From an uncultured SAR86 cluster bacterium (GTDB lineage: Bacteria > Pseudomonadota > Gammaproteobacteria > Magnimaribacterales > AG-339-G14): a stretch of 64,000 nt of DNA. The notes beneath the pieces are model-generated. The model was not told the origin of the DNA. It saw only the letters and a list, made by a program, of their open reading frames with translations, and did not search any database. Both the position numbers and the translations under genes were made by a program. The stretch spans positions 41 through 64,040 of the forward strand of contig CACELJ010000002.1 in assembly GCA_902560275.1 (NCBI GenBank), in the 5' to 3' direction. The stretch's first letter is position 1; each line of letters opens with the position of its first letter. Positions 7,755 to 20,240 of this stretch are shown here, one piece after another.

Positions 7755-10568
7755 ATGAAAAATATCGAAGTCAAAGGTGCTAAACAGCACAATCTTAAAA
7801 ACATCGATGTAATAATTCCTCGAGATAAACTTACCGTTATTACAGGGCTTTCTGGATCTGGAAAGTCTTCTTTAGCATTTGATACTCTATATGCTGAAGG
7901 TCAAAGAAGGTATGTTGAATCATTGTCTTCTTATGCAAGACAATTTTTGTCAGTTATGGATAAGCCCGATGTCGATCATATAAATGGTTTGTCCCCCGCT
8001 ATTTCAATAGAGCAAAAATCCACATCTCATAATCCAAGATCTACAGTTGGGACTGTTACTGAAATTTATGACTATTTGAGGCTGCTTTATGCAAGGGTCG
8101 GCACGCCTTTTTGTCCAGATCATGAAATCTCCCTTGAATCTCAAAGTATTGATCAGATAGTCGATAAACTTTTTAAAGATGATGAAAATGAGAGAGCTAT
8201 TATCTTATGTCCTATAGTAAGCCAACAAAAAGGTGAGCACTTAATCCTACTTAACGACCTTAAGGTGCGAGGATTTATTAGGGCAAAAATTAATGGAGAA
8301 ATCATTGATCTGGATAATCTCCCTCAACTTAATAAAAATAAAAAACACGATATTGATATTGTCATTGATAGGCTATCTATTTCGAAGAAAAATAAATCAA
8401 GATTATCTGAATCAATAGAAACTGCGTTGAGAGAGTCAGATGGAATAGTAACTATTTCTTTCCTCGATGAATCTAAAAAAGACATAACATTTTCAACAAA
8501 AATGGCCTGCACCGAATGTGGTTTCAGCATTGCTTCATTGGAACCTAGGCTTTTTTCTTTCAATAGCCCTTCTGGAGCTTGCGATGATTGCGATGGATTA
8601 GGTCAGAAGTCACAAGTTGATAGAAGAAAAGTTATTGTGAGACCTGAATTAAGCTTAAATCAAGGAGCAATTGAGGGATGGGATTCAAGTCAGATGTATC
8701 ATCACTATCTTCTCAACAGAGTAGCAAAACACTATGGCATTTCCTTGGACGAACCCTTCGAGGATTTATCTGAAAATATAAAAGAAAAAATACTGAATGG
8801 TAGTTCAGGTGAAATTATAGATTTTAGTTATGTTTCTAAAAGAGGGAATCTCAGAGAATCATTTAAACCTTTCGAAGGTGTGCTTAATAATATTGATAGA
8901 AGATTTAGAGAGAGTGAATCAGCTTTTTCTAGAGAGTATTTATCCAAATATATGACCAATACTGTTTGTATGTCATGCGAAGGCTCAAGATTAAATAAAG
9001 AGGCAAGATCTGTGAAGATTGATGGTAAAGAGCTTTGGGATATAACAAACATGACCATTGATGATTGCCTTGATTTTTTCAATAACTTGAATTTAAAGGG
9101 CAAAAAGGGAGCAATTGCAGAGAAGGTAGTAAAAGAGCTGAAAGAAAGATTAAAATTTCTATCTGATGTCGGGCTTAATTATCTAACATTATCAAGAAGC
9201 GCCGAAACTTTGAGCGGGGGAGAAGCACAAAGAATAAGACTTGCCAGTCAAATAGGTGCTGGGCTTGTTGGAGTTACATACATTCTTGATGAACCATCAA
9301 TTGGCCTTCACCAAAGAGATAATAAGAGACTTTTATCTACTTTGTTTAGATTAAAAGATTTAGGAAATACGGTTATCGTCGTTGAGCATGATAAAGAGAC
9401 AATAGAATGTGCTGATCATATTATTGATATCGGTCCAGGGGCAGGTATCCATGGAGGGTTTGTCAGTTTTGCAGGTAACTATAAAGAAATCCTTAAGCAA
9501 GAAAGCTCGTTAACCGGACAATATTTATCCGGGAAAAAAGATATTAAGATTGATAAATTTGAGAAATCTGAAAAAGGTTCTCTTTGTATTAAGGGTTGCA
9601 ATGGAAACAATCTCAAGAATGTTAATTTAAATTTACCTTTGGGAAAAATTATCAGCATTACTGGAGTTTCGGGTTCTGGAAAATCTACGCTGATTAATCA
9701 AACTTTATATCCTGCTTTGGCAAATAAGATTCAAAAATCTAACTATGACTGTCAAGAATTTGAAAATATTTCAGGTGAAAAAAAATTAGATAAAATTATT
9801 GAGATTAGTCAGTCCCCAATAGGAAGGACTCCAAGATCAAATCCTGTTACTTACACAGGAATATTCACGCCTATCAGAGAGTTGTTTTCAGAAACGGAAG
9901 AGGCAAGAGCTCGAGGCTATAAGCCAGGAAGGTTCAGCTTCAATGTTAAAGGTGGCAGATGTGAAACTTGTCAAGGAGACGGTTTAATTAAGGTAGAAAT
10001 GCATTTTCTGCCGGACGTCTATGTTAAATGTGATGTTTGTGATGGAAAAAGATACAACAAAGAAACGCTTGAGGTGAAATTCAAAGGGAAAAACATCTTT
10101 GAGGTTCTTGATATGAACGTTGAAGAATCCTTGAAATTTTTTGATTCGATTCCAACTATCAAAAGAAAATTACAAACTCTTTATGATGTGGGATTGAGTT
10201 ATATAAAAATTGGCCAGCCCGCTACAACGTTATCTGGAGGAGAAGCCCAAAGAGTTAAACTTGCTAAAGAGCTTGGCAAGGTAGCCACAGGGGATACTCT
10301 TTATCTATTAGACGAACCAACAACTGGTCTTCATTTCCATGATGTAAACCTACTATTAAAAGTGATCAATAAATTGAATGAACAAGGCAATACTGTTGTC
10401 ATTATCGAACATAACTTAGATGTGATTGTTAATTCTGATTGGATAATAGATCTTGGCCCAGAAGGCGGATCGGGTGGCGGAGAAATTATTGGAGAAGGAA
10501 CTCCAGAAGAAATTTCAAAAATTAAAAAATCTCATACTGGGAGATTTCTGAAGGAAATGTTGAATTAA
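7755..10568 (+). CDS. uvrA: Excinuclease ABC subunit A
   Basis: 937 aa with two ABC modules ([14 protein letters not shown] and [11 protein letters not shown]), LSGGEAQR twice, and zinc-finger cysteines. It is divergent from ssb as in E. coli. Confidence 0.97.
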   Translation: MKNIEVKGAKQHNLKNIDVIIPRDKLTVITGLSGSGKSSLAFDTLYAEGQRRYVESLSSYARQFLSVMDKPDVDHINGLSPAISIEQKSTSHNPRSTVGTVTEIYDYLRLLYARVGTPFCPDHEISLESQSIDQIVDKLFKDDENERAIILCPIVSQQKGEHLILLNDLKVRGFIRAKINGEIIDLDNLPQLNKNKKHDIDIVIDRLSISKKNKSRLSESIETALRESDGIVTISFLDESKKDITFSTKMACTECGFSIASLEPRLFSFNSPSGACDDCDGLGQKSQVDRRKVIVRPELSLNQGAIEGWDSSQMYHHYLLNRVAKHYGISLDEPFEDLSENIKEKILNGSSGEIIDFSYVSKRGNLRESFKPFEGVLNNIDRRFRESESAFSREYLSKYMTNTVCMSCEGSRLNKEARSVKIDGKELWDITNMTIDDCLDFFNNLNLKGKKGAIAEKVVKELKERLKFLSDVGLNYLTLSRSAETLSGGEAQRIRLASQIGAGLVGVTYILDEPSIGLHQRDNKRLLSTLFRLKDLGNTVIVVEHDKETIECADHIIDIGPGAGIHGGFVSFAGNYKEILKQESSLTGQYLSGKKDIKIDKFEKSEKGSLCIKGCNGNNLKNVNLNLPLGKIISITGVSGSGKSTLINQTLYPALANKIQKSNYDCQEFENISGEKKLDKIIEISQSPIGRTPRSNPVTYTGIFTPIRELFSETEEARARGYKPGRFSFNVKGGRCETCQGDGLIKVEMHFLPDVYVKCDVCDGKRYNKETLEVKFKGKNIFEVLDMNVEESLKFFDSIPTIKRKLQTLYDVGLSYIKIGQPATTLSGGEAQRVKLAKELGKVATGDTLYLLDEPTTGLHFHDVNLLLKVINKLNEQGNTVVIIEHNLDVIVNSDWIIDLGPEGGSGGGEIIGEGTPEEISKIKKSHTGRFLKEMLN

Positions 10569-10957
10569 TCTTCTTGAGATATCTCTTCAGAAGAATCCTC
10601 AGACTTATCTGTAAGCTCTACAAAAGCCATTGGGGCTGCGTCACCGGGTCTTGGTCCCATCTTAATGATTCTGAGATATCCGCCAGGTCTGTCTTTAAAT
10701 CTAGGTCCTAGATCTGAAAAAAGTTTTCCAACCGCAGAATCATTTCTCAGTTTTGAAAAGGCTCTTCTTCTGTTGGCAACAGAATCTACTTTAGCCAGTG
10801 TAACTAATGGCTCAAAGACACCTCTAAGTTCTTTTGCCTTTGGAAAAGTGGTTTTTATAGATTCAGTCTCAATCAAAGAAATAACCATGTTTTTAAACAT
10901 AGCTTTTCTCTGATCGCTTGTGCGACCAAATTTTCTTCCTGTTTTTTGGTGTCTCAT
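10565..10957 (-). CDS. rplQ: 50S ribosomal protein L17
   Basis: [21 protein letters not shown] is the L17 N-terminus. Last gene of the alpha operon order. Confidence 0.97.
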   Translation of the reverse strand: MRHQKTGRKFGRTSDQRKAMFKNMVISLIETESIKTTFPKAKELRGVFEPLVTLAKVDSVANRRRAFSKLRNDSAVGKLFSDLGPRFKDRPGGYLRIIKMGPRPGDAAPMAFVELTDKSEDSSEEISQED

Positions 10958-10960
10958 CTA

Positions 10961-11953
10961 TTAACCTTCAACATTTGACGGGGGCCAATTTTCGAGCTCT
11001 AAACCTAAAGATAATCCTCTAGCTGCTAGAACTTCTTTGATTTCATTAAGTGACTTTCTACCTAGATTAGGTGTTCTTAAAAGATCAGATTCCTTTCGGG
11101 TTACTAAGTCTCCAATATAATGGATCTTTTCAACTTTTAAACAATTGGCTGATCTCACTGTTAATTCAAGTTCATCTACAGGCCTCAGCATAATTGGATC
11201 AACAGGAGGAGTTTCATCTTCCTCTGGTTCTTCAGTTTCAAACCCTAATTCAGCAAAAGCCATTAATTGTCTTTGTAAAATAGTCGCTGCTAACCTCACA
11301 ATCTCTTCAGGATCGATTGTTCCATTGGTTTCAACCTCAAGAATAAGCTTGTCTAGGTCAGTTCTATTTTCTACCCTTGCATTTTCAACTGAATAAGAAA
11401 CTTTTTTAATTGGACTGTATGAAGCATCAATCTTTAGTGAACCAACCTCGGTATCTTCGCTCTCGGCCAAAGCTATGATATCTACAGGAACATAACCCCT
11501 TCCCTTGGTAACTTTTGCCGTCATCTCGAGGGAGCCTTTGTCAGCGAGAGTAGCAACTACGTGATCAGGATTTACAATTTCAACTCCAGCAGGAAGTTCA
11601 AAATCACTACCTTTGATATCTCCCGATCCTGACTTATTCACTGATATTTCGACTTCTTCTTGATCTGAAAGTCTCACAGAAAGACCTTTTAAATTTAAAA
11701 GGATATTAATGACATCCTCTTTAACTCCATCAATAGAGCCAAACTCGTGAAGAACCCCATTAATTTTTGCTTCTGAAACCGCTGCACCAGGGATTGAAGA
11801 TAAAATTATCCTTCTAAGAGCATTTCCCAAGGTATGTCCAAAGCCTCTTTCAAGAGGTTCTAATACTATTTTTGAATTGTTTGAATCAACTTCTTCTACC
11901 AAAATTTCTTTGGGAGTTAAGAAGTCTTTGATCATGTCGAAATTATCTGTCAT
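10961..11953 (-). CDS. rpoA: DNA-directed RNA polymerase subunit alpha
   Basis: The [23 protein letters not shown]-type motif is present ([24 protein letters not shown]). 330 aa. Confidence 0.98.
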   Translation of the reverse strand: MTDNFDMIKDFLTPKEILVEEVDSNNSKIVLEPLERGFGHTLGNALRRIILSSIPGAAVSEAKINGVLHEFGSIDGVKEDVINILLNLKGLSVRLSDQEEVEISVNKSGSGDIKGSDFELPAGVEIVNPDHVVATLADKGSLEMTAKVTKGRGYVPVDIIALAESEDTEVGSLKIDASYSPIKKVSYSVENARVENRTDLDKLILEVETNGTIDPEEIVRLAATILQRQLMAFAELGFETEEPEEDETPPVDPIMLRPVDELELTVRSANCLKVEKIHYIGDLVTRKESDLLRTPNLGRKSLNEIKEVLAARGLSLGLELENWPPSNVEG

Positions 11954-11971
11954 AGAATATCCTCTTTAAAA

Positions 11972-12592
11972 TTATCTTGAATAGAGCTCAACAATAAAAC
12001 TTTCATTAATTTCACTGCTAAGCAAATCTCTGTCTGGAGTATTTTTGTAAATGCCTGAAAAGTTATCGTGGTTAACCTCAATCCATTCACAAGGCTCTCT
12101 TGTTTTAAAAATCTCAAAAGATTGAGAAATTCTTTTTTGATTTCTTGATTTCTCAGAGATACTTATCTCATCGCCTTCCGCTACTTGATAAGAAGGAATG
12201 TTTACTTTTTTTCCATTAACCAAAACTGACTTATGATTAACCAATTGTCTTGCTTCGGCACGAGTAGAAGCAAATCCCATTCTATAGACCACGTTATCCA
12301 ATCTAGCTTCCAAAAATTGAAGGAGATTTGTTCCAGTCTCACCTCTGCTACTAGCTGCAGCCTTATAGTAATTTCTAAATTGTCTTTCTAAAACTCCATA
12401 CATTCTTTTTACTTTTTGCTTTTCTCTCAACTGCAAACCATAGTCTGAAGTTCTTATTCTTTTTGCTCCATGGTGTCCAGGAGGATTTTCAGATCTGATT
12501 TTGGATTCGTATGACCTATACCCACTTGTTAAAAGCAGATCAGTCCCTTCCCTACGAGATAATTTATTTCTTGGTCCTCTATATCTTGCCAC
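11972..12592 (-). CDS. rpsD: 30S ribosomal protein S4 (GTG start)
   Basis: The conserved N-terminus (M)[15 protein letters not shown] begins at GTG 12592-12590, one nt after the rpsK stop. AGAAGGGTG lies upstream. The track ATG at 12628 would overlap rpsK by 35 nt. Confidence 0.9.
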   Translation of the reverse strand: MARYRGPRNKLSRREGTDLLLTSGYRSYESKIRSENPPGHHGAKRIRTSDYGLQLREKQKVKRMYGVLERQFRNYYKAAASSRGETGTNLLQFLEARLDNVVYRMGFASTRAEARQLVNHKSVLVNGKKVNIPSYQVAEGDEISISEKSRNQKRISQSFEIFKTREPCEWIEVNHDNFSGIYKNTPDRDLLSSEINESFIVELYSR

Positions 12593-12593
12593 T

Positions 12594-12980
12594 TTACACC
12601 CTTCTCTTTTTTGGAGGACGACACCCATTGTGAGGAATAGGAGTTACATCCGAAATTTTTGTAATCTTAAAACCGCAACCATTCAAAGCTCTTACCGCTG
12701 ATTCTCGACCTGCTCCAGGTCCGGAAACTTCAATTTCCAAATTGTTTATTCCGAAGTTTTTAGCAGCATCTCCAGCTTTAGAAGCTGCTACCTGAGCCGC
12801 AAAAGGAGTACTTTTCCTTGATCCTTTAAAACCTGATCCACCAGCACTTGCCCAAGTTAAAGTATTTCCCTGTTTGTCCGTAATATTTATGATGGTGTTA
12901 TTAAATGTAGCGTAAATATGCGCAACAGCATCGTTGTATGTTCGGCTATTTTTTTTAGATTTTGTTCCTTGTTTTGCCAT
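12594..12980 (-). CDS. rpsK: 30S ribosomal protein S11
   Basis: [31 protein letters not shown] matches the S11 core. Confidence 0.97.
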   Translation of the reverse strand: MAKQGTKSKKNSRTYNDAVAHIYATFNNTIINITDKQGNTLTWASAGGSGFKGSRKSTPFAAQVAASKAGDAAKNFGINNLEIEVSGPGAGRESAVRALNGCGFKITKISDVTPIPHNGCRPPKKRRV

Positions 12981-12982
12981 AT

Positions 12983-13339
12983 TTATCTTCTAATAGGTTT
13001 TCTAGGCCCTTTTCTGGTTCTAGCGTTAGTTTTTGTTCTTTGTCCTCTAACAGGTAAATGTTTCCTGTGCCTCATTCCTCTCAAAGTTCCTAAATCCATA
13101 AGTCTTTTTATATTGGTACTTATTTCTCTTCTTAAATCTCCTTCTACAAGAAACTCATTTACAGCTTTTCGAAGTTTTTCTAGATCTTCCTCGCTTAAAC
13201 TTCCGATCAAAGAAGTTTTTTCAATGCCAAGTTGATCACAAATAGACAAAGCTCTCGTTCTGCCGATACCAAAAATATGAGTTAAAGAAACCCAAGCTTG
13301 TTTTTTATCTGGAATATTTACACCTGCTACCCTAGCCAT
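12983..13339 (-). CDS. rpsM: 30S ribosomal protein S13
   Basis: [26 protein letters not shown] is the S13 N-terminus. Confidence 0.97.
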   Translation of the reverse strand: MARVAGVNIPDKKQAWVSLTHIFGIGRTRALSICDQLGIEKTSLIGSLSEEDLEKLRKAVNEFLVEGDLRREISTNIKRLMDLGTLRGMRHRKHLPVRGQRTKTNARTRKGPRKPIRR

Positions 13340-13344
13340 ATTTA

Positions 13345-13461
13345 TTACCCCTGCCTCTGTTTGTGTCTTGGTTCATTGCTGCAGATAACAAAAACGGTGC
13401 CGTGTCTTTTGATTATTTTACAATCCTTACACATTTTTTTTACTGAAGCTCTTACTTTCAT
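13345..13461 (-). CDS. rpmJ: 50S ribosomal protein L36 (not in ORF track, 38 aa)
   Basis: Hand translation of the minus strand gives [38 protein letters not shown] then TAA. It carries the CxxC...C...H zinc pattern and sits between secY and rpsM as expected. Confidence 0.93.
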   Translation of the reverse strand: MKVRASVKKMCKDCKIIKRHGTVFVICSNEPRHKQRQG

Positions 13462-13463
13462 AA

Positions 13464-14771
13464 TTACCTTCTATAATTTTTTAAATTAGCTTTTTTCATT
13501 AAAGACTCATATTGACTAGATAAAAGGTGCGATTGTACCTGAGCCATGAAGTCCATGACTACTACCACAGCAATTAAAAGTGATGTTCCCCCGAGATAAA
13601 AAGGTACATTTGCAGAAACAATTAAGAATTGAGGAAGTAAGCATACTGCAATCATGTATATTGATCCCCATACTGTTAATCTAGACATAACACTGTCAAT
13701 ATAGCCTTCTGTTTGATCGCCAGGCCTTATTCCAGGTAAGAATCCTCCAGATCTTTTAAGATTATCTGAAATATCTTTTGCCGGAAATTGAATGGCGGTA
13801 TAAAAGAAACAGAAATAAGCTATCAAAACCGCAAAAACTATTACATACAAGGGTTGCCCAGGACTTAAAGCCAATGATATTTCCTGCAACCACTCAAATC
13901 CTTCAGATTGTCCAAACCAAGTACTAATTGAGGCTGGAAAAAGAACTATCGATGAAGCAAAGATCGCAGGAATTACTCCTGACATATTTACTTTCAATGG
14001 AACATGAGATGATTGACCCATAGCCATCTGGTTACCGATTTGTCTCTTAGCATAATTAACCGAAACTCTTCTTTGTGCCCTTTCTACCCAAACAATAAAA
14101 GCAATAGCCAATATTGCGAGAAGAGCTACAGATAAAAGTACGATTAAGTTAATTTCTCCTTGTCTAGCTCCTTCAAATGATTGTCCTATTGCTCTTGGCA
14201 ATCCAGAAACAATACTGGCAAAAATAATAAGAGATATTCCATTTCCGATGCCTCTCTCATTTACCTGTTCCCCAAGCCATACCAAAAACATTGTTCCAGT
14301 AACAAAAGAAATAACTGCGGTAACAATAAACATATTTCCAGGAGTGCTAGCTAGCCCTTGACTCGATAATGCTATCGCAAAACCACTCGATTGAATGATT
14401 GCAAGCCCTAAAGTACCAAGGCGAACATAGTTGGTCCTTTTTCTTCTTCCAACTTCCCCTTCCTGTCTAAACATTTTTTTTAGGCTTGGAGTTGTTGCCT
14501 CTAAGAGATTCATCACAATAGCCGCAGTGATGTAAGGAACAACATTTAAAGCCATGATGCTCATTCTTTCTAGCGCACCTCCAGAAAACATATTAAATAA
14601 ACCTAGAAGAGTTCCTTGATTTTGATCAAATAAAGAAGAAAGTTTCATAGGATCAATACCTGGAACAGGAATATGGGTTCCAATCCTATAAATAATTATT
14701 GCGTAAAGAACAAATCTAAGCCTTGCCCAAAGTTCAGACAATCCAGATGATTTGGCTGGATTTCTAGCCAC
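13464..14771 (-). CDS. secY: Preprotein translocase subunit SecY
   Basis: 435 aa polytopic membrane protein. [21 protein letters not shown] is the SecY N-terminal signature. Positioned after rplO. Confidence 0.97.
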   Translation of the reverse strand: MARNPAKSSGLSELWARLRFVLYAIIIYRIGTHIPVPGIDPMKLSSLFDQNQGTLLGLFNMFSGGALERMSIMALNVVPYITAAIVMNLLEATTPSLKKMFRQEGEVGRRKRTNYVRLGTLGLAIIQSSGFAIALSSQGLASTPGNMFIVTAVISFVTGTMFLVWLGEQVNERGIGNGISLIIFASIVSGLPRAIGQSFEGARQGEINLIVLLSVALLAILAIAFIVWVERAQRRVSVNYAKRQIGNQMAMGQSSHVPLKVNMSGVIPAIFASSIVLFPASISTWFGQSEGFEWLQEISLALSPGQPLYVIVFAVLIAYFCFFYTAIQFPAKDISDNLKRSGGFLPGIRPGDQTEGYIDSVMSRLTVWGSIYMIAVCLLPQFLIVSANVPFYLGGTSLLIAVVVVMDFMAQVQSHLLSSQYESLMKKANLKNYRR

Positions 14772-15201
14772 TTATAATTTCTCCACCTAATTTATTAATT
14801 AATTCCTCAACAGATTTAGAAACGGATAAACCCTCAATTTTCACTGTTTTTGTCAATTCGCCGCCGTTAATGATCTTCACTTTTTTTATCTTGTTTGAAA
14901 TGATTTTATTTTTCTTCAAGACCTCTAAAGTAATATGATCTTCAGCAAGCTTTTCTATATCTCTGAGTTTTATATGTGTACTGTATGGTTTTTGTCTAGA
15001 AGTGAATCCAAACTTTGGAAGTCTTTGTTGGATAGGCATTTGACCTCCCTCAAATCCAGGTCTGATTGAAGCTCCAGATCTTGCCTTTTGGCCTTTATGA
15101 CCTCTTCCTGATGTTTTTCCTGAGCCAGATCCTGTTCCTCTACCAATACGCTTAGAGACTTTATTTTTGTTTGTTCTTTGAAGATTATTAAGTTTTAGCA
15201 T
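14764..15201 (-). CDS. rplO: 50S ribosomal protein L15
   Basis: The RIGRGTGSGSGKTSGRGHKGQ motif is present. Confidence 0.97.
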   Translation of the reverse strand: MLKLNNLQRTNKNKVSKRIGRGTGSGSGKTSGRGHKGQKARSGASIRPGFEGGQMPIQQRLPKFGFTSRQKPYSTHIKLRDIEKLAEDHITLEVLKKNKIISNKIKKVKIINGGELTKTVKIEGLSVSKSVEELINKLGGEIISG

Positions 15202-15384
15202 TTAATCTAAGACCTCCAGCAGATGATGGGCTTTCTTGATCATACCTAGATTTTCAGGCGTGTTTTGAACCTCAACTACTTGATTAATTTTTTTTAATCC
15301 CAATCCTCTTACGGAAAGCCTCTGATTTTTCATCGAGCCTGCTAAACCTCTCTTTAATTTAACTCTAATCATTTCGTTAGACAT
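15202..15384 (-). CDS. rpmD: 50S ribosomal protein L30
   Basis: 60 aa, IRVKLKRGLAGSMKNQRLSVRGLGL. Position between rpsE and rplO. Confidence 0.95.
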   Translation of the reverse strand: MSNEMIRVKLKRGLAGSMKNQRLSVRGLGLKKINQVVEVQNTPENLGMIKKAHHLLEVLD

Positions 15385-15393
15385 TTCTTCCTC

Positions 15394-15876
15394 TTAAGAT
15401 CTCCTTTCTGCAACCTGTTCTGGAGATTCAACGCTTGCTAATCCCTTCACAGTCGCTCTAACAACATTAATAGGGTTGGTTGAGCCATATGTTTTGGCTA
15501 ATACATCTTTAATGCCAGCCAACTCAAGGACAGCTCGCATCGCACCACCTGCAATGACTCCAGTACCTGGAGAAGCCGGTTGCATATAAACAGTGGAACT
15601 TCCATGAGTTGATTTAACTGGATAATGGAGAGTAGAACCCTTAAGTTCAATCTTGATCATATTTTTTCTGGCATTTTCTAATGCTTTTTGAATAGCCATA
15701 GGTACTTCTCTGGCTTTTCCTCTTCCGAAACCAACCTTGCCTGCTCCATCTCCTACGACGGTAAGAGCTGTGAACCCAAAGATTCTTCCGCCTTTTACAA
15801 CTTTTGCTACTCTATTAACTCCTACAAGTTTTTCTTCTAGAGCTTCATTACTAAACTGATCTATATTTTCTTCCAT
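15394..15876 (-). CDS. rpsE: 30S ribosomal protein S5
   Basis: [25 protein letters not shown] is the S5 core. Confidence 0.97.
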   Translation of the reverse strand: MEENIDQFSNEALEEKLVGVNRVAKVVKGGRIFGFTALTVVGDGAGKVGFGRGKAREVPMAIQKALENARKNMIKIELKGSTLHYPVKSTHGSSTVYMQPASPGTGVIAGGAMRAVLELAGIKDVLAKTYGSTNPINVVRATVKGLASVESPEQVAERRS

Positions 15877-15882
15877 AATTCC

Positions 15883-16233
15883 TCAAAATTCTAAGCCTGC
15901 TTCACGTGCAGATTCAGCAAGACTCTTTACACGACCATGATATTTATATCCCGATCTATCAAACGTAACCTTTTTAATGCCTTTCTCGATAGCTCTTTTA
16001 GCAACCAATTCTCCAACTTTTTTTGCAGCTTCTTGATTTCCACCTTTATCAAGTTTTGCTTCTTTATCTGCAGAAGAAGCATGCGCAAGCACTTCTTTTC
16101 CATCAGGAGAAAAAACCTGAGCATAAATCTGATTATTGGATCTAAAAATAGATAGCCTATGATTACTCATTTCTTTAGTCTTAGATCTAAGTTTTCTAGA
16201 TCTTCTTTGTCTTGCAGTAAATTTATCACTCAT
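15883..16233 (-). CDS. rplR: 50S ribosomal protein L18
   Basis: [15 protein letters not shown] and [26 protein letters not shown] at the C-terminus. Confidence 0.97.
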   Translation of the reverse strand: MSDKFTARQRRSRKLRSKTKEMSNHRLSIFRSNNQIYAQVFSPDGKEVLAHASSADKEAKLDKGGNQEAAKKVGELVAKRAIEKGIKKVTFDRSGYKYHGRVKSLAESAREAGLEF

Positions 16234-16235
16234 GC

Positions 16236-16769
16236 TTAAGCCTTCTTAGATTCTTTACGTTTAATTCTTTCTTCGGCATATTTAACTCCCTTTCCTTTAT
16301 AAGGTTCTGGAGGTCTAAATGATCTAATTTTTGCAGCAGTTTCTCCTAAAAGTTGCTTATTAGCTGACTTTAAAATAACTTCAGTTTGAGAGGGCACATC
16401 GGCGTTTACCCCTTCGGGTAGTTGGTAAATTACTGGATGAGAGAATCCTAGAGAGAGTTCCAATTTATCTCCAGAAAGCTTTGCTCTGTAACCAACCCCA
16501 TTAATTTCTAATTTTTTTTCGAAACCGTCTGAAACCCCTTTAATCATATTTATTGCTAAAGCCCTCATTGTCCCTACCATTGCGATAGATTCCTTTGTTT
16601 CTTCTTTAGGAGAAAATAATAGTTCTTTCTCAGGAGTGGAAGCCATTACTGAAGGATGAATAGACATAGATAAGTCTCCGTTCTTACCCGAAACTTTAAG
16701 TAAGTTTTCAGCAAGGGATATCTCTATACCTTCTTGAATTGGAATTGGTCTTTGAGTATTTCTAGCCAT
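16236..16769 (-). CDS. rplF: 50S ribosomal protein L6
   Basis: 177 aa, KGKNGDLS-type N-terminal region and [10 protein letters not shown]-terminal motif. Confidence 0.96.
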   Translation of the reverse strand: MARNTQRPIPIQEGIEISLAENLLKVSGKNGDLSMSIHPSVMASTPEKELLFSPKEETKESIAMVGTMRALAINMIKGVSDGFEKKLEINGVGYRAKLSGDKLELSLGFSHPVIYQLPEGVNADVPSQTEVILKSANKQLLGETAAKIRSFRPPEPYKGKGVKYAEERIKRKESKKA

Positions 16770-16771
16770 AA

Positions 16772-17167
16772 TTAAAATACAGTGCAGATTAATTCTCCGC
16801 CTACCCCATGTTCTCTAGCTTCTTTGTCAGTCAAAACTCCTTTACTTGTTGTAATAATTCCAACACCTAAACCATTTCTGACTGAAGGAATTTCTTTTGA
16901 TGAAAAGTATTTTCTTAATCCAGGTTTGCTTATTCTTTTCAATTCCCTTATGACCGGCGATTCTTGATGGTATTTGAGGGAAACTAAAATAGTTTTTTTG
17001 CTCTCCTCGCCCTCAATCTTAAAAGATGATATGAATCCTTCTTTCTCTAATACTGAGCAAATGGCGTTTTTAATTTTGGAAGATGAAAAGCTTACCGTTG
17101 CATGCCCTCTAGCTTGAGCATTCATCACTCTAGAAATCATGTCAGAAATTGGATCTTGCATACTCAT
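16772..17167 (-). CDS. rpsH: 30S ribosomal protein S8
   Basis: MSMQDPISDMISRVMNAQ is the S8 N-terminus. Confidence 0.97.
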   Translation of the reverse strand: MSMQDPISDMISRVMNAQARGHATVSFSSSKIKNAICSVLEKEGFISSFKIEGEESKKTILVSLKYHQESPVIRELKRISKPGLRKYFSSKEIPSVRNGLGVGIITTSKGVLTDKEAREHGVGGELICTVF

Positions 17168-17176
17168 TGATAACCT

Positions 17177-17482
17177 CTACCAACTTGATTTAACCAATCC
17201 TGGAACATCTCCATTCATAGCCAATTCTCTTAATTTATTTCTTGAAAGGCCAAACCTTCTGTAAACAGCGTGCGGTCTTCCAGTTATTTGACATCTTCTT
17301 TGGAGACGAACAGGACTTGCATCTCTTGGAAGTTTTTGAAGTTTTAATCTTGCCTCATATCTTTCTTCATCAGATAGATTCATGTCTGAGATAACTTTTT
17401 TAAGCTCCTCTCTCTTTTTTGCAAACTTTTGAACCATCTTGATTCTTTTGTTCTCTCTAGCAATCATTGAAACTTTGGCCAT
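17177..17482 (-). CDS. rpsN: 30S ribosomal protein S14 (long form)
   Basis: 101 aa, [13 protein letters not shown] ... [24 protein letters not shown]. Confidence 0.97.
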   Translation of the reverse strand: MAKVSMIARENKRIKMVQKFAKKREELKKVISDMNLSDEERYEARLKLQKLPRDASPVRLQRRCQITGRPHAVYRRFGLSRNKLRELAMNGDVPGLVKSSW

Positions 17483-17493
17483 AATTTTTACCT

Positions 17494-18036
17494 TTAACTT
17501 TTAAATGGGAAGTTTAATTTTGATAATAAGGCAAAACCTTCTTTATCATTATTGGCGGAGGTTGTAATACAAATATCCATACCGCGTATTTTTTCTACTT
17601 TGTCGTAATCAATTTCAGGAAAGATAATGTGTTCTTTTATTCCCATTGAGTAATTACCTTGACCGTCGAAAGATTTTGGATTCAATCCTCTAAAATCTCT
17701 TTCCCTTGGAATTGCTATAGACAACAACCTGTCTAAAAATTCATACATTCTGTTGCCTCTTAAAGTAACTTTGCACCCAATTGGAAATCCTTCTCTTATT
17801 TTAAAACTTGCTACCGACTTCCTTGCAAAAGTCTTTATTGGTTTTTGGCCTGCTATTAATTCAAGATCTGCAATTGCATCATCAACTGATTTTCGATTAT
17901 TCAATGCATCCGGTCCTAACCCCATATTTACTGTGACCTTTGTAATTTTGGGAACAGCCATGGAGCTTTTTACGCCCAACTCATCTTTAAGTGAACTGAC
18001 GACGTTATCCTGATAATTTGTTTTAGTAATAGACAT
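17494..18036 (-). CDS. rplE: 50S ribosomal protein L5
   Basis: 180 aa, [13 protein letters not shown] and [11 protein letters not shown] motifs. Confidence 0.97.
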   Translation of the reverse strand: MSITKTNYQDNVVSSLKDELGVKSSMAVPKITKVTVNMGLGPDALNNRKSVDDAIADLELIAGQKPIKTFARKSVASFKIREGFPIGCKVTLRGNRMYEFLDRLLSIAIPRERDFRGLNPKSFDGQGNYSMGIKEHIIFPEIDYDKVEKIRGMDICITTSANNDKEGFALLSKLNFPFKS

Positions 18037-18038
18037 TC

Positions 18039-18350
18039 CTATTTAACTTCCTTATTTGTTGATTTTGAAACTCTAATCTTTCCTTTTTTCTCATCTGAAT
18101 TAATTTGTAATTTATCTCTCTTTTTTGTACTGCTATTGTAAAAAGCAATATTAGATATGTTGATAAAGGACTCCTTTTCAATAATCCCTCCGGGTTCATT
18201 GATTTGAGGGTTTGGTTTTACATGTTTTTTTACAAGTTTTATTCCAGACACTAAACATCTATCACCTTTAATTTTTGTTAGAGTTCCAGTTTTTCCTTTA
18301 TCTTTTCCTGAGATCACGATCACTTCATCACCAGTTCTTAATTTATTCAT
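18039..18350 (-). CDS. rplX: 50S ribosomal protein L24
   Basis: [22 protein letters not shown] is the KOW motif. Confidence 0.96.
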   Translation of the reverse strand: MNKLRTGDEVIVISGKDKGKTGTLTKIKGDRCLVSGIKLVKKHVKPNPQINEPGGIIEKESFINISNIAFYNSSTKKRDKLQINSDEKKGKIRVSKSTNKEVK

Positions 18351-18718
18351 TAGATTACCTCTGGCGCTAGAGAAATTATTTTCATGAAATTATTGGATCT
18401 CAATTCTCTGGAAACGGGACCAAAAATCCTAGTTCCAATAGGTTGTTGTTGGTTATTTATAAGGACAGCTGCATTGTCATCAAATCTAACGATTGATCCA
18501 TCTTCTCTGCGAATGTCTTTTTTAGTTCTGACTACAACTGCATCTGCTACTTGACCTTTCTTAACCCTGCCTGTTGGGATGGCTTCTTTAATTGCCACTT
18601 TGATAACGTCGCCAACTCTTGCGTAACGTCTTTTAGATCCACCAAGCACTTTGATACACATCACTTTTCGGGCACCGCTGTTATCAGCCACTTCTAAGAT
18701 AGTTTCTGTTTGAATCAT
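18350..18718 (-). CDS. rplN: 50S ribosomal protein L14
   Basis: [28 protein letters not shown] is the canonical L14 sequence. Confidence 0.98.
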   Translation of the reverse strand: MIQTETILEVADNSGARKVMCIKVLGGSKRRYARVGDVIKVAIKEAIPTGRVKKGQVADAVVVRTKKDIRREDGSIVRFDDNAAVLINNQQQPIGTRIFGPVSRELRSNNFMKIISLAPEVI

Positions 18719-18972
18719 GACTTACCCTCTTTGAGTATTTCTACCAAAGTCCACGATTTTGTTTTTGATATTGGTCGACATTCTTTGATAGTTACTTTGT
18801 CTCCAAGAGAACAAGCATTTGCCTCATCATGAAAGCTGATCTTCGAGGATCTTCTAATTATTTTTCCTAATTTAGGGTGTTTAACTTTTCTGTCTATTTT
18901 TGCTACTGCAGTTTTGTCAGAGTTACAACTTACAACCATACCTGTCATTGTTCTTATTGCTTTATCAGACAT
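18715..18972 (-). CDS. rpsQ: 30S ribosomal protein S17
   Basis: [15 protein letters not shown] is the conserved motif. The second ATG (MSDKAIRT) has AGAGGA 5 nt upstream, while the first ATG at 18978 abuts the SD. Start choice is an inference. Confidence 0.9.
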   Translation of the reverse strand: MSDKAIRTMTGMVVSCNSDKTAVAKIDRKVKHPKLGKIIRRSSKISFHDEANACSLGDKVTIKECRPISKTKSWTLVEILKEGKS

Positions 18973-19159
18973 TTGCATCCTCTTGTTGTTTAAGTTGTTT
19001 AAGCGAAGTCAAAATTCTTGCAACAGCCTTTTTTTTCTCTTTTAAAAGGTGCGTCTGCTGAAGAGAAGCAGATGAACTTTTTAGTTTTAGATCTAATAAT
19101 TCAGATCTTGTTTTCTCTAGATCCTTCATTAAATCAGTGTGAGATGGATTTTTAGCCAT
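18965..19159 (-). CDS. rpmC: 50S ribosomal protein L29
   Basis: 64 aa helical protein between rplP and rpsQ, with L29-like LLDLKLK...[15 protein letters not shown]. Confidence 0.93.
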   Translation of the reverse strand: MAKNPSHTDLMKDLEKTRSELLDLKLKSSSASLQQTHLLKEKKKAVARILTSLKQLKQQEDANV

Positions 19160-19572
19160 TAGATAACCTTCCTAGAGATAAATTGAGTTGAAACAGGAAG
19201 TTTTGCAGCTGCTAGAGAAAATGCCTCCCTAGCCAAAGCTTCGTCAACACCTTCCATTTCATAAAGAATTTTTCCAGGTTTAATAGGTGAAACCCAATAT
19301 TCTACGTTTCCTTTTCCTTTTCCTTGCCTAACTTCAAGGGGTTTTTTGGTAATTGGTTTATCGGGAAAAATTCTAATCCAGATTTTTGCTCCACGTTTTA
19401 CATGCCTGGTCATGGCTCTTCTTGCAGCCTCAATTTGACGGGACGTAATTTGACCTCTTGATGTAGCTTTCAAACCAAATGTACCGAAATCTAAAGAATT
19501 AGATCTCTGTGCGAGGCCTCGATTGCGACCTTTCATTTGCTTTCTATATTTAGTCCTTTTTGGCTGAAACAT
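19159..19572 (-). CDS. rplP: 50S ribosomal protein L16
   Basis: [21 protein letters not shown] is the canonical L16 N-terminus. Confidence 0.98.
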   Translation of the reverse strand: MFQPKRTKYRKQMKGRNRGLAQRSNSLDFGTFGLKATSRGQITSRQIEAARRAMTRHVKRGAKIWIRIFPDKPITKKPLEVRQGKGKGNVEYWVSPIKPGKILYEMEGVDEALAREAFSLAAAKLPVSTQFISRKVI

Positions 19573-20231
19573 TAGCTATCCTTGTCTTTTTCTTTAATTT
19601 TTTTATCAATTAATTCGCCTCTGAATATCCATACCTTGACGCCAATAATCCCGTAAGTAGTTTTTGCTTCTGCTAAGCCATAATCAACATCTGCTCTTAA
19701 TGTATGAAGAGGCACTCTTCCTTCTTTATGCCACTCAGATCTTGCAATCTCGGCCCCACCTAATCTACCTGAAACTTTTATTTTCACACCAAGCGCTCCT
19801 TGTCTCATGGTGTTTTGAGCTGCTCTTTTCATAACCCTTCGAAACATAGCCCTTTTTTCAAGTTGAAGTGCTATGTTTGCAGCAACTAGCTGAGCATCAA
19901 GATCAGGTTTTCTTATTTCTTGAATATTCAGACTAACCGGTACATTCATGATTTGCGTTAGCTTTTCTCTTAATCGATCGATATCTTCGCCTCGTTTACC
20001 AATAATCATTCCAGGTCTTGCAGTATGGATTGTGACTTTTGCGCTTTGAGCAGGCCTTTCTATGTGTATTTTGCTAACAAATGCATTATCAAGTTCTTTT
20101 TTTAGAAACTCTCTAACTTGAAAATCATTAAAAAGGATCTCTCTATATTTATCTTTTTCAGCAAACCATACAGAGTTATGATCTCTGGAGATGCCTAGTC
20201 TGATTCCAATTGGATTAACTTTCTGTCCCAC
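19572..20231 (-). CDS. rpsC: 30S ribosomal protein S3
   Basis: [14 protein letters not shown] is the canonical S3 N-terminus. A KH domain is present. Confidence 0.98.
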   Translation of the reverse strand: MGQKVNPIGIRLGISRDHNSVWFAEKDKYREILFNDFQVREFLKKELDNAFVSKIHIERPAQSAKVTIHTARPGMIIGKRGEDIDRLREKLTQIMNVPVSLNIQEIRKPDLDAQLVAANIALQLEKRAMFRRVMKRAAQNTMRQGALGVKIKVSGRLGGAEIARSEWHKEGRVPLHTLRADVDYGLAEAKTTYGIIGVKVWIFRGELIDKKIKEKDKDS

Positions 20232-20240
20232 TTATTCTCC

